62,000 nt of DNA, taken from contig OX597814.1 of NCBI GenBank assembly GCA_951406725.2, forward strand, positions 169,156,001-169,218,000, given 5' to 3'. Of this stretch, positions 22,884-35,300 are shown in pieces. A program made the translations under genes and the position numbers. Below the pieces are notes generated by a model. It was not told the origin of the DNA, searched no databases, and saw only the letters and a program-made list of their open reading frames with translations. This DNA comes from Octopus vulgaris (lineage: Eukaryota). The number at the start of each line of letters is the position of its first letter. Position 1 is the first letter of the stretch.

Positions 22884-23509
22884 AGCATGGAAAGCGGACG
22901 TTAAACGATGATGATAATTGACTTATCCCTTCTCCTAAAACTGCTGGCCATGTTTCAAAATTTGAAACCATTATATGCAACATGGTAAATGACAAAATTG
23001 GTAGAATTTCAGACTAAATTCCTTATGATATTTTGTAATTTTCTTTTAAATTCTCAGTTCAAGCCATGTCAAATGTTGACTTCATATTTTATGTTTTTGG
23101 GGAGTTGATAAAATAACTATTAATCAGCTATAACTGGGTTTATAACTATAAACTATAAACTATAAAATTGAACCCAATTCTAACAATAAACTGGGTTCAA
23201 TTTGACAAAGCCCTCACATAAAATATGCAGCTCTGTATCAGTCTTAGAAATCCCTATTATTTAGCAAGGTGGTAGATGACAGGGGTCATATAGCACTAAA
23301 CAAAATACAAGATATTTTGTTCTCTCCTACTTGCATGAGTCAGATGGAATTTGTTGAAGTAGAATTTTCTACAGCCAGATGCCCTTCCTGCCACCAATCT
23401 TCACCTATTTCCAAAAACAAGGTATGATTTTATGGAAGATTGGAAATGAAGGACTCTATTTGCATCATGGTGACATTTGTTTACCACTATCACATGAAGC
23501 GAAGGCAAG

Positions 23510-23550
<41 letters not shown>

Positions 23551-23622
23551 AATATAAGGATGGTATTATTAAAATACCATCACAAGTGGTAAGCGAATTA
23601 TCAGCCGTACAGGCAAATTGAT

Positions 23623-24025
23623 AAAATATATACATACAATATTAGATATGTACATATATACACAAACGTACTACATGAGTACCTATATCGCTAATGATAG
23701 AAGTCAAAAAATACTTCTGTACCTACCGAATAGTCACAAAAGATAGGAAAAAATATCAGTGAACAATAATAATGTCTTACCTCTACTGGGTCAGAACAAG
23801 TAAATTTCGAAAACGGTAGCAAGTTAACCAGCATTTACTTGTTCTGACCCATTTGAGGCAAGACATTATTATTGTTCACTGATATTTTTTCCTATCTTGT
23901 CTCTAAATAGATTTGTGACTATTTGGTGGTACAGAAATATTTTTTGACTTCTATCATTAGCGATATAGGTACTCATGTAGTACCCTTGTGTATGTATGTA
24001 CATATCTAACATATGTATATATTTT
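23623..24025. mobile_element. Fold-back element: ~185-bp inverted arms, 27-nt spacer
   Basis: 23623-23805 reverse-complements 23833-24025 with scattered mismatches. Confidence 0.8.
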
Positions 24026-25527
24026 ATATATATGTATGTATAAGAGTATTCAGCAGACTTTTTTCAGTTTCATTCTACCAAATCCACTCACAAAGCTTTG
24101 GTCAGCTTGAGGCTATAGTAGAAGATACTTGCCTGAGGTACCACACATTGGGATTGAACCTGAGACTATGTGGTTTAGAAGCTAACCTCTCACCACAAAG
24201 CCATACTTGTGCTTATTATATATATTTGAACTCGGCGGAGTTTAAATTCCGCTGAGGTTGACTTTGCCTTTCATCCTTTCGGGGTCAATAAATAAAGTAC
24301 CAGTTTCGCACTGGAGTCGATATAATCAACTTAATCCGTTTGTCTGTCCTTGTTTGTCCCCTCTATGTTTAGCCTCTTGTGGTTAGTAAAGAAATATATA
24401 TATATATATGTGTGTTATGTGTATGTGTATTTGTGTGTGTGTGTGGCTTGACAATCAGCGTTGGCTTGTTTACATTCTCATGACTTAGTGGTTCAGCAAA
24501 AGATACCAGTAGAATAAATACTGGGGTCATTTTTTTTGACTAAACCCTTCAAGATGGTGCCCCAGCATGGCTGCAGTTCAATGACTGAAACAAGTAAAAG
24601 ATACAGAGATTCCCTTTTTTGGCTAATAAAATTTGGGGAGTCCTATGATCCCTTAATCAAAAAATATATATTTTTTAAAAAATACTTTTGTTGTTTTTGT
24701 AAAATCTCAGACGATAATTAAAAATTCACATTTTTTGTCAAAATTATTTCGTTATATTTGTCTATCTATCCAACTGTAAACATTTTAAATAGTTCTAGAT
24801 ATTTTTGTCAATCACTGGAATTTTTGAGATTGTGAATTTCTCTCCCGATTTTCTGGTAGGAATTAACAGTTCAAGTTTCTATTTGATGTAGGAGGTGCCT
24901 ATTTGTATAACCATGTTCTTGCCTCTTTGTGTGGGCTTTTGATGAGTGTGCTAACTGAATTTCCTTGATGTGGGAGTGTTGGCAGGCAACTTGAAGCTAA
25001 CAAGATGCGTGGTGTGACAGTTCTTGTCGATGATTCTAATTACATTGTATATATAGCATCACAGCCTGTTTTGTGGTTTATGTTGTATATGGATGTTTGC
25101 AAGTGTTTTGTTTCTCTTTGGATTATTTCACTGTTATTTCCATATTTAGTTCGCTTGTTGCTTAGACGCCTTTATGCTGTGCTGGATGTATGTATGCATT
25201 TGTCTGCACATCAGCACACATGTGAATGCTTGCTATATATTCTTTGTCTCTATGAGTATATACAAACATGTACATGCACACACACAAATACAAACATACT
25301 CACATACACACACTCACATACACAATTGGTATCCAGCTGTGATATTACGCTTTAATGTTTTATATTGATGATATCACTTTTCTTCACTCTTCTTTGAAGA
25401 TATTTATATTTATATTAATTCTTGTAGTTGCAATTTTCAGATTACATCATATCTACAAAATATTTCTTGTCCATTTAGAAAACTGTTCTAAGACAATAAT
25501 CTATGACACTTTACTAATTATATTAAA

Positions 25528-25918
25528 TAGGAGTGGCTGTGTGGTAAGTAGCTTGCTTACCAACCACATGGTTCTGAGTTCAGTCCTACTGCATGGCACC
25601 TTGGGCAAGTGTCTTCTACTATAGCCTAGGGCCGACCAAAGCCTTGTGAGTGGATTTGGTAGACGGAAACTGAAGGAAGCCCGTCGTATATATGTATATG
25701 TATGTGTGTGTGTTTGAGTATCTGTCTTTGTCCCCCCAACATTGCTTGACAACCGATGCTGGTGTGTTTATGTCCCCATAACTTAGGGGTTCAGAAAAAG
25801 TGACCGATAGAATAAGTATTAGGCTTACAAAGAATAAGTCCTGGGTCGAGTTGGTTGACTAAAGGCGGTGCTCCAGAATAGTCGCAGTCAGTTGACTGAA
25901 ACAAATAAAAGAGTAAAA
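25528..25918 (+). mobile_element. SINE family C, full length
   Basis: ggagtggctgtgtggtaagtagc head, ggcaccttgggcaagtgtcttc CORE-like block, central TA/TG repeat, aaaagagtaaaag tail. Confidence 0.9.
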
Positions 25919-26222
25919 GGGCATTCTAACAGTACATCTTATAGTCTATGAGTTAAACATTTCCAGAGAGACTCTGCTACTGACATCTTCTCTGAGAGCT
26001 TATTCATCTAAGTGTTTTAAATGAAAATCTGGGGCTACTAATAGATTAACCCCATTAAAATCTAGAGCTACTGGCAGGTGACATAAAGGTTAGAAATGTA
26101 ACTGAAAACTAGGGATTAGTGAGGGGAAAGGAAACAACAGCATGGCAAATTATATGATATGGTCATTTAGACCTGGACCCAGTTTTCAGGGATTTTTATT
26201 TTTAGGTCAAAGTGGGTTTTAA

Positions 26223-26614
26223 TCTACATGTATATATAAAGCAGAAGTTGTCTGTGTATGGCAGATTTGGTAGCCTTCAACTAACACTATCTCCTCTGAG
26301 ATCCTGCAGCGCTAGTTGACCAAAATTGAGAGTATGATAGAAGGGTTGCTCTTCCTTCTATAGAAGAAAAAATTCAAATCGAACCATGTTAAGATCAAAA
26401 ATTATTTACATCAAAAAGGTGCTTTTTTTTCTATGAAAATCCCTAATTTTTACGATTTTTTTACTGCTGCGTCGCCATTTTTTGGTGTATTTCAACCAGA
26501 AAAATGTTCACTTAAAGAGAATAACAAGCTACATAATGCCAAAGTTTTACTTTTCAAAAATTCCAATTCTAAAGGGTTGAAACAAACCCGAGCAACGCCG
26601 GGTGATACTGCTAG
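26223..26614 (+). mobile_element. Non-autonomous Helitron
   Basis: A|TC 5' end, 3' hairpin cccgagcaacgccggg, terminal CTAG|T; sister copy 54960-55351. Confidence 0.85.
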
Positions 26615-27146
26615 TTATATGATATGGTCATTTAGTCCTGGACTCAGTTTTCAGGGATTTTTTTCTTTTATAGGTCAAAGTTGGTTTTAATTTCGATAAA
26701 ATTTTAAATTGTTTCTATCCTGTTCACAACTGCAACAGTAGAATATCTTTCAAAATTACAATTCCGTGAGTAAAATAACAGAAAAAAAAGCTTCTCAATA
26801 TAAATAACATCTTTTAGTCATGCTCTTGACATATATCTATTTAATTGCAGCCAGTGTTATTTACAACAAACTAACTACTACCAATGTTTGAAGAAGACTA
26901 CGAGCATAGGATGGCAATCGGTTGCAATGCACAGACATATTCTGTCTGCTTGTGATGGATTATTAAAGGCTGTCAATAAAACATTGCTAGTTAAATACTT
27001 GAGTCAGAGCTTGGTTAATTTGTACAGAGTGAAGAGTTTGTTATATTCAGAATGCATATGAAATATGCATTCTCCATTGTTACTGGTATGTCTTGCTTAT
27101 TGATATCATCATCATCATCATCATCATCATCATTATTATTATTATT

Positions 27147-27446
27147 ACTTTATTTTTCTTCTTTCAAATTTGCTTCCATTTCTTGCCGAGTGTCTTCCCG
27201 ACTCCTAGGGCAAAGAAACTCATAGTATACATTGGTAGGCCATTAAACCAAACTCAGTAGTTCGTTCATTTAAAAAAATTTTTTTTATGTTAAATTAAAA
27301 TACATGAGCAGCAACAGTTCTCACATCGACAATGCTCTTCTCAATATGTGTGATGTACCAGTTAAGACAATCTTTTGCACTTCTTGCAGGGATGGTAAGC
27401 CAGGGATCATTCTCATATAATTTTCGGTTCCCTTCTTGATCATTCC
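27147..27446 (-). mobile_element. R4/Dong-like LINE 3' end (subfamily 2)
   Basis: GMIKKGTENYMRMIPGLPSLQEVQKIVLTGTSHILRRALSM* then UTR and (TAA)n. Confidence 0.85.
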
Positions 27447-27535
<89 letters not shown>

Positions 27536-27538
<3 letters not shown>

Positions 27539-27873
27539 TAGTTTTATTTTTATAGCGTGTTTCACTTCACTACTGAGCCCAGCTCTGTGTGCCTTGGGTA
27601 TGTGCTGTGATTTGTTGTGATGCTCTGATGATTACTGTATTGAAAGTGTTCTGCGTAGGATGTGTGCAGTGCCTAGTAGTGCAATTTTCTGTATGTTATA
27701 CGTGTTTGTAAGTTCTGGTGTTTTTGTTATGTATTTGTCTGAATATTTTTTTTATCATACCTAATGCACCTACTATGATAGGAATTGTTTCTGTTTTTAC
27801 TTTCCACATTCTAGTTACCTCTATTTCCAGGTCTTTGTATTTTGAAAGTTTCTCCATTTCTTTTAGAGACACA
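27536..27873 (-). mobile_element. R4/Dong-like LINE 3' end (subfamily 3)
   Basis: EKLSKYKDLEIEVTRMWKVKTETIPIIVGALGMIKK..QKIALLGTAHILRRTLSIQ*; flanked by (TAA)n and (CAA)n. Confidence 0.88.
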
Positions 27874-27945
27874 TTGTTGTTGTTGTTGTTTTTGTTTGTG
27901 TTGTTGTTGTGTGTTGTTGTTGTTGTTGTTGTTGTTGCTGTAATT

Positions 27946-28615
27946 AAGGTGGAGAGCTGGCAGAATTGTTAGCACACTGGATGAAACACTGGATGAAATT
28001 GTATTTTGTCTGTTACTACATTCTGAGTTCAAATTCAGCCGAGGTTGACATTGCCTATCATTCTTTCAGGGTCAATAAACTAAGTATCAGTTAAGTACTG
28101 GGGTTGATGTAATCGACTAGCCCCTCCCCCAAATTTCTGGCCTTGTGCCTTTAGTAGAAAGGATTATTATTATTATTACTATTATTATTATTATTAAGGT
28201 TGCAAGCTGGCAAAATTGTAAGCACACTGGACAAAATGCTCGGCAGCATTCCATCCATCTGAGTTCAAATTCTGCAGAAGTCAACTTTGCCTTTCATCTT
28301 TTCGGGTTGATAAAATAAGTACCAGTTGAACACTGGGGTCGATGTATTTGACTCTTCTCCTCCCCCAAAATTGCTACCCTTGTGGCAAAAATTTGAAACC
28401 ATTATTATTATTAAGGTGGCAACATAACAGAATCATTAGTATGCTGGGCAAAATGCTTAGTGGCATTTTGTCCATCCTTACATTCTGAGTTCAAATTCCA
28501 CCGAGGTTGATTTGCATTTCTTTCTTTCTAGGTTGATGAAATAAGTACCAGTTACACACTAGGGTTGATATAATCAACTAGTCCCCTTCCCCAAAATTTC
28601 AAGCCTTGTGCCTAT
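27946..28615 (+). mobile_element. Three head-to-tail SINE B' copies (B head/core, alternative tail ending (ATT)n)
   Basis: Heads at ~27946, 28195, 28412; tails cccaaattt..ccttgtg.. Confidence 0.8.
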
Positions 28616-28616
28616 A

Positions 28617-29030
28617 GGTGTAGGAGTGGCTGTGTGGTAAGTAGCTTGCTTACAAACCACATGGTTCCGGGTTCAGTCCCACTGTGCAGCACCTTGGGCA
28701 AGTGTCTTCTACTATAGCCTCGGACCGACCAAAGCCTTGTGAGTGAATTTGGTAAACAGAAACTGAAAGAAGCCCATCATATATATGTATATATGTATGT
28801 GTGTGTGTGTATATGTTTGTATACCTGTGTTTGTTCCCCCAACATCGTTTGACAACCGATGGTGGTGTGTTTACGTCCCCATAACTTAGCAGTTTGGCAA
28901 AAGAGACCGATAGAATAAGTACTAGGCATACAAAAAATAAATCCCGGGGTCGATTTGCTCGACTAAAGGCAGTGCTCCAGCATGGCCACAATCAAATGGC
29001 TGAAACAAGTAAAAGAGTAAAAGAGAGAGT
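28617..29030 (+). mobile_element. SINE family C, full length
   Basis: As 25528-25918. Confidence 0.9.
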
Positions 29031-29389
29031 AAAAGAGAGTATAGTGGAAAGGATTAATAATATCATGTTTTATCATCATCATTATAATTATAGGTGCCTG
29101 TTGTTGTTTATTATTATCATTATTATTATTATTATGTTATTATTACGTACCATTAAGGCAGTGAACTGACTGAATCATTAGCACAGCAGGCAATAATGTT
29201 TAGCAGTATTTCGTCTGTCTTCAAGAACAAATTATGTCGAGGTCAAGTTTGCCTATCATCCTTTCGGTATCGATGAAAGAAGGGACAGTTGAACACTGGG
29301 ATCAATTTAATTGACTAAACCCCACCACCATGAATTTGCTGGCCTTGTACCAAAATTTGAAACCGCTATTGTTATTATTGTTGTTGAGT

Positions 29390-30250
29390 GAGAGAGCAGC
29401 ACACATTCTCAAAAGATGCTGGATTACAAATATACAAAGCCCAATAAACCCATCATGACTACCTATGTGATAAGGGTACACCAGATACATGCATCACAAC
29501 CATATTGTATGCAACATAGTGATCTCATACCAAGAAAACCAGCACGTGACTTTACTGGTGGGGCCCAGTTAGAATTTTCTTCAGGCCATGTATCCCACCC
29601 TACTGAAAAGGTCCCTGAACAAGGGTTGCTTAAGGTTGTTGAACATTTAATCTGTTTCCAGAGGTGAATTATTCAAGCTACAAACAATTCCTCAACACAT
29701 GATTATGATCCTCCCCCACTATTCATGCTCATGATCAGAGATGCACATAGTGTCAACCACTGAGGGACATTCTCAACAATAAACCCATCATGACTACCTA
29801 TGTGATAAGGGTACACCAGGTACATGCATCACAACCATATTGTATGCAACATAGTGATCTCACACCAAGATAAACAGCACATGACTTTATTGGTGGGGCC
29901 CAGTTAGAATTTTCTTCAGGTCGTGTATCCCACCCTACTGAAAAGGTCCCTGAACAAGGGTTGCTTAAGGTTGATGAACATTTAATCTATGTTTCCAGAG
30001 GTGAATTATTCAAGCTACAAAGAATTCCTCAACACATGATTAATATCCTCCCCCACTATTCATGCTCATGATCAGAGATGCACATAGTGTCAACCACTAA
30101 GGGTCATTCTTAACTGGTTAAGGTCAAGCAACTGATAAGCAAATCTGCAGAATATTTGCCATAACCCATCTTTTACACCAAAACAAAACATGTACATGTT
30201 ATCACTCCCAATCAGTTAAGATCAGAAGCCACGAGAGCCACTGCCTGGTC
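29390..30250 (-). mobile_element. Repeat family F with internal 335-bp tandem duplication
   Basis: caataaacccatcatgact at 29442 and 29777; minus strand ends ctctcactcaacaacaataat. Confidence 0.85.
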
Positions 30251-30601
30251 CTGCATCAGCTCATTCCATCATGTGGTGTCCATTTTCATTGATGCATTTT
30301 TGAAGGTGATCTTCGAAGTTAACCTCTTGGAAGTTAACCTTGAAAAGAAAAAAATACTAAGACACCGTGGACCAAATGGTACCTGCCAGACATATGTCCC
30401 TCTCCCTGGGGTTGAGTAATAGCCATTTCAAAAACCGTCCACCTCTCTGCCCCACCTTGTAATATCGGGTGGATATGAAGAGTTTGTGCTACATGGATTT
30501 GACTTAGATTTGTTGGGCTCAGGGTGATTCCGTAAAGTATGTTAATTTTAATCATCTTATTGCCTTGTAGTAATATGGTTCATTTGATATAGCATGATGT
30601 A

Positions 30602-30891
30602 AAGGCGTATGGCTTAGTGGTTAGGGTATTTGGCTTACAATCACAAGGTTGAGAGTTCAGTTCCTGGTGATGCGTTGTGTCCTTGAGCAAGAAACTTTAT
30701 TTCACATTGCTCCAGTCCACTTAGCCAGCAAAAATGAGTAGTATGTGTATTTCAAAGGGCCAGCCTTGTCACATTCTGTGTTACATTGAATCTCCCTGAG
30801 AACTATGTTAAGGGTGCATGTGTCTGTGGAGTGCTCAGCTGAATGCACATTAATTTCATGAACCAGCTGTTTTATTGTAAGCGATGGAGTG
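30602..30891 (+). mobile_element. tRNA-derived SINE family E
   Basis: tggcttagtggttagg head, tgtgtccttgagcaag..ttgctccagtccac central domain. Confidence 0.75.
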
Positions 30892-31043
30892 CTAGATATG
30901 GCATGGCTGGTGAACTTTATTAGTATTGGAGCTGTTATATTTATGTGGGAAATTTGACTGGCAACTATTGGTGCCACCAGCTAGTTGCTTTTGAAGTAAA
31001 AGTGGAAGAGAAAGAGAGTTTATTGAGAAATAAGAGGGAGGGT

Positions 31044-31628
31044 CATCATCATCGTTTAACGTCCGTTCTCCATGCTAGCATGGGTTGGACGGTTCGACTG
31101 GGGATCTGGGAAGCCAGAAGGCTGCACCAGGCTCCAGTCTTATCTGGCAATGTTTCTACAGCTGGATGCCCTTCCTAACGCCAACCACTCCGTGAGTGTA
31201 GTGGGTGCTTTTTACGTGCCACCTGCACAGGTGCCAGGCGAGGCTGGCAACGGCCACAGTCGGACTGGTATATTTTACGTGCCACCGGCACGGAAGCCAG
31301 TCGAGGCGGCGCTGGCATCGGCCATGAGTCGGATAGTGCTTTTTACGTACCACCAGACCAGGGATCCTGGCTGGTGTTATATTTATATTCAGTGAAAGGT
31401 GGCGAGCTGGCAGAAGCGTTAGTGCGCTGGGCGAAATGCTTAGCGGTATTTCGTCTGTCGTTACGTTCTGAGTTCAAATTCCGCCGAGGTCAACTTTGCC
31501 TTTCATCCTTTCAGGGTTGATAAATAAAGTACCAGTTTCGCACTGGGGTCAATGTAATCGACTTAATCCCTTTGTCTGGCCTTGTTTGTCCCCACTATGT
31601 TTAGCTCCTTGTGGGTAGTAAAGAAATA
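31044..31628. mobile_element. Family A copy (31044-31372, -) followed by SINE B (31397-31628, +)
   Basis: Direct match to family consensus. Confidence 0.88.
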
Positions 31629-32310
31629 TATATTCAGTTTCTACCATCTGAAAATGTGGTACCCTGTCAAATGCTTTTCAGTAATCAATCCAGAACATAC
31701 TAAAGCCTTTTTTTTTTTGTTCTATGCTTCCATAGCCCTGTTAACTTATAACTGTCTCTACACTACAACAATACATCTTTTTTCTGGTACGTTTTCTGTT
31801 CATCTGCTCTGTAAATAACCAAGTCAACCAGCTGTAGCATATGAATGTAAGTGCTTTGTATGTTGTTGAAAATCAAATTATAAGGTTTGTAGTTTTGTGG
31901 GTGTCTTGTGCTTTTGATTTGGAGGATTAACGTTGTTCTCCCCTCCATCATCCATTTGGATGTTAATTCTTGTCTACTTTATCAATTTATTAGATTCTGT
32001 TGCTATAGAATCATGAATTTTGGAGGAGAGGTACTTCAGTCAGAAATTGGCAACTTTTTTCAATTGTTGGAGCTTTCCTATTACTTAAAAAATTTTAATG
32101 TTGATAAATTCTTTGCTGGCTGCATAGGAAGTCATTTTTGCAGAGTTGTTTAGGTTTTAGCCTTTCTTTTCCATCTAACCTACTGTATATTTTTTTTATT
32201 GAACTGAATATTTCTGTTGCATTCTTCTATCTCAGTGTTCTTTATCCTCTGGCGTTGTTTTGTAAGTATCTCCATAAAATCTTTTGGTACTTGATTCAAA
32301 GCATTCATCA

Positions 32311-32550
32311 TATCATCATCATCATCGTTTAACGTCCGCTTTCCATGCTAGCATGGGTTGGACGATTTTTGACTGAGGGCTGGCGAACCAGATGGCTGCA
32401 CCAGGCTCCAATCTTGATTTGGCAGAGTTTCTACAGCTGGATGCCCTTCCTAATGCCAACCACTCCGAGAGTGTAGTGGGTGCTTTTTGTGTGCCACCAG
32501 CACGGGGGCCAGTCAGGCAGCACTGGCAACGACCTCGCTCGAATCTTTTT
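32311..32550 (-). mobile_element. RTE 3' UTR copy (family A)
   Basis: (CAT)n-cgtttaacgtccgc.. Confidence 0.88.
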
Positions 32551-33369
32551 ACACATAGCATTATTCTAGAAAAAGCTTGCTTTTAGTTATGATTTGCCCA
32601 AGCTTTTCTTTTGCTTTCTGGGTACCTTTTTGGTTAATGCTATAATATCTTTTAGATATTTGGGTTTTTTTTCATGTTGGACATATTTTTCTTCATTTCA
32701 TTTGGTAAAAATACATTTTTCTCTTTAAATCTTTCCCAAATTTAATGAAAGTTATTCATCATCATCATCATCATCATTGTTGTCATTTTAACCTCCCACT
32801 TTTCCATGCTTGTATTGGTTGGAAGAAGTTTATTGAAGCACATATTTTATGGCTGGATGCCTTTCCTGTTGCTAACCCTCACCTATCTCCGAGTAAGGTA
32901 ATATTTCTCTCTGAGCAGACAAGCCTTTGAAGAATAATGAATATGAATGATACTGATTTTATGGTAGTGATTCTCATTTGCAACTATCATGTGATGTCAT
33001 GTCAAGGATCCCCCCCACACACACACACACAAAACAGGATTCTTTCAGTTTCATTTTACTAAATTCAACGACAAGTTTTGAATCAGCCTGGTATTCTACA
33101 GAACCCATGACTAAGTTGCCATGCAGTAGAAATGAACCTGAAACTATGTGGGTGGAAAGAAACTACTTAAACACACAGCCATACTTACACCGAACTGTGC
33201 CTGCACAACTAGAGATAAGTTTGACTGAGAAGTGTCTGATTGTATATGAATCAAATTTAGCTTCTGTTAATACTTTATTGAATAGACTAGATAATTTAAT
33301 CAGTTGATATTTGAATAATTGGTTCGGACAGAATTTCTTGGAGGACCTTATTGCATTTATATATACTAA

Positions 33370-34771
33370 TTACCCGTAGGGAAACCATATTTTGTCATGC
33401 AACCATAATATACTAACTACAAAGTATAGTAAAAGCTTTATAAGTCAATGCTGTGTCCTACTGTGTTAGCAGTGATATTAATTCATTTGTTAAGGTTCTT
33501 TCTACAGATTTTCTATAGGAATTAGAGCCAGCACAGATTTGTTATGACATTTTGTATACAAAAAAATATGCTTATGTGAACAATATGATTGAAGATGGAA
33601 AAATGGGTAATGGGTGTATATGCATGTTTCGAGAGTTCTTGCTCCTTCATCAGTAACCACATCCAACCCATTAAACATCCACAAACTCATTGCTTAAATA
33701 TCTACTAGATATAGCGATGTAACACACACTACTGGATATACCAATTTTATTCATTAAACACATTCCTGACAACAGGTACATCATTATTATCATCATCATC
33801 ATCATAATCATCATGATCATCATTTAATGTCTGCTTTCCATACTGTCATGGGTTGGACAGATTGACTGAAAACTAGTAAGCTGGGGAGCTACACTAGTTT
33901 CCAGTCTGATTTGGCATGGTTTCTACAGCTGGATGTCCTTCCTAAAGCCAACCACTCCAAGAGTGTAGTGGGTGCTTTTTCATGTGCCACCGTGCTAGTT
34001 ACAAAACACCAGCATTAGCCATGACTATGATCTTACTTGGTTTGGTAGGTCTTCTCAAGAAGCATGGTGCATTGCCAAAGGTCTCAGCCATATGTCGCTG
34101 CCTCTGTGAGACCCAAGTTTGAACGGTGCTTTTTATGCACCATCGGCACAGGTGCCAGATATGCGACACTGTAATTAATATGTACATACATATTAATTAC
34201 TTGTAGGGACTCCGTATTTCGTTATGTGACCATAAGATACTATAAAGCACATTAAATGTTTTATAAGTCAATACTGTGTACTACTGTGTTAGCAGTGCTC
34301 TTACATCACTTGCTAAGGTTCCCTCTACAGACATATATACTTTATATATACTTTCATGGAGCTGCCTGGACACATGCAACTTGGACAGTTAACCATGTTA
34401 TGTCTCTTTTTCTGTGTCATTGTTTCTGTTAGGTTTTCCTCAATGTTAACTCTGGTTAATTTGCATGCTGCTGTGTGCTCTTCAGTTTGTTGTTAAGTGT
34501 GTGGCAGTTGAGGGTATATTTTTCTCACTGCTGTGTATTGGTTGAAGGTTATATAGGAACTTCTAAGATATTCACCATTAATTTGAATTGAAGTTCTTTT
34601 CTATTCACAACTCTTTTTTTTTATAGGTTGTTATGTCTTGTTTGATTTTTTTTTTTTATTTGCTTGGTTTGCTCAGTAGTATTTTCATTGTATTTTAAAG
34701 ATTCCTTTGTTATATGAGCAGTCGTTTTGTTACATTATTTTCTTTTACCTTTTATGAAGTTTTACATGTTT

Positions 34772-34809
<38 letters not shown>

Positions 34810-35300
34810 CGTGTGATGAGATTTGTTGTGATGCTGTCATTAGTTTATAGTAGGTGTTCTTTTTGTATATAGTTGGTTGTTTTGTTTTCAGTGTGTATTT
34901 GTTACATGAGTTCTATTCCAATTTTTGGAATCTCGGTTTTGTTTTATTATAAATCTTTATACATTCTCAAGTGTATTACATTCAAATTTTTCTCATTTCT
35001 TCCTTTTCTCCTCGATAATGCATATGCCTCTTTTATAGTGCTCATGTGTATTATATGCGTAATAGGAATTAAACACTTCATTGTATTGTAAATTGTTCCA
35101 ATGTTTTCTTTCGATTTTGTCATTATTTTGGATCCTAGCAGTAAGAGATAAGATTTTTTGTTTGATGTTGTCCTTTTGGTAAAATGGTGCTTCTCAAAAA
35201 ATACGTTACATTATCTTCGTTTCAACCTCACATTAAACTCACACTGGGAAATCCTTTATACATTCTAACTTGCAGGTTGTGTTTTTGTTGCTGCTTGAAT
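33370..35300 (-). mobile_element. Old Penelope-like remnant (tentative): duplicated block 33370-33500/34195-34330, degenerate hammerhead 33613-33660, family A insertion 33790-34170
   Basis: Direct repeat ttataagtcaat.ctgtgt..tactgtgttagcagtg; minus CTGATGA-aGGAG..CTCTc-GAAAC; decayed coding-like sequence ending in CPSCMC. Confidence 0.35.

Larger units (their letters stand above)
20267..23296. repeat. ~415-bp inverted duplication (20267-20690 / 22882-23296), ~99% identical
   Basis: By-eye alignment: about 3 substitutions and a (CAT)n length difference. Confidence 0.92.

Noticed and set aside
24780-25060. Possible LINE ORF remnant (similar case at 31760-32300)
   Set aside because: Coding-like strand bias but too many stops and no diagnostic motif
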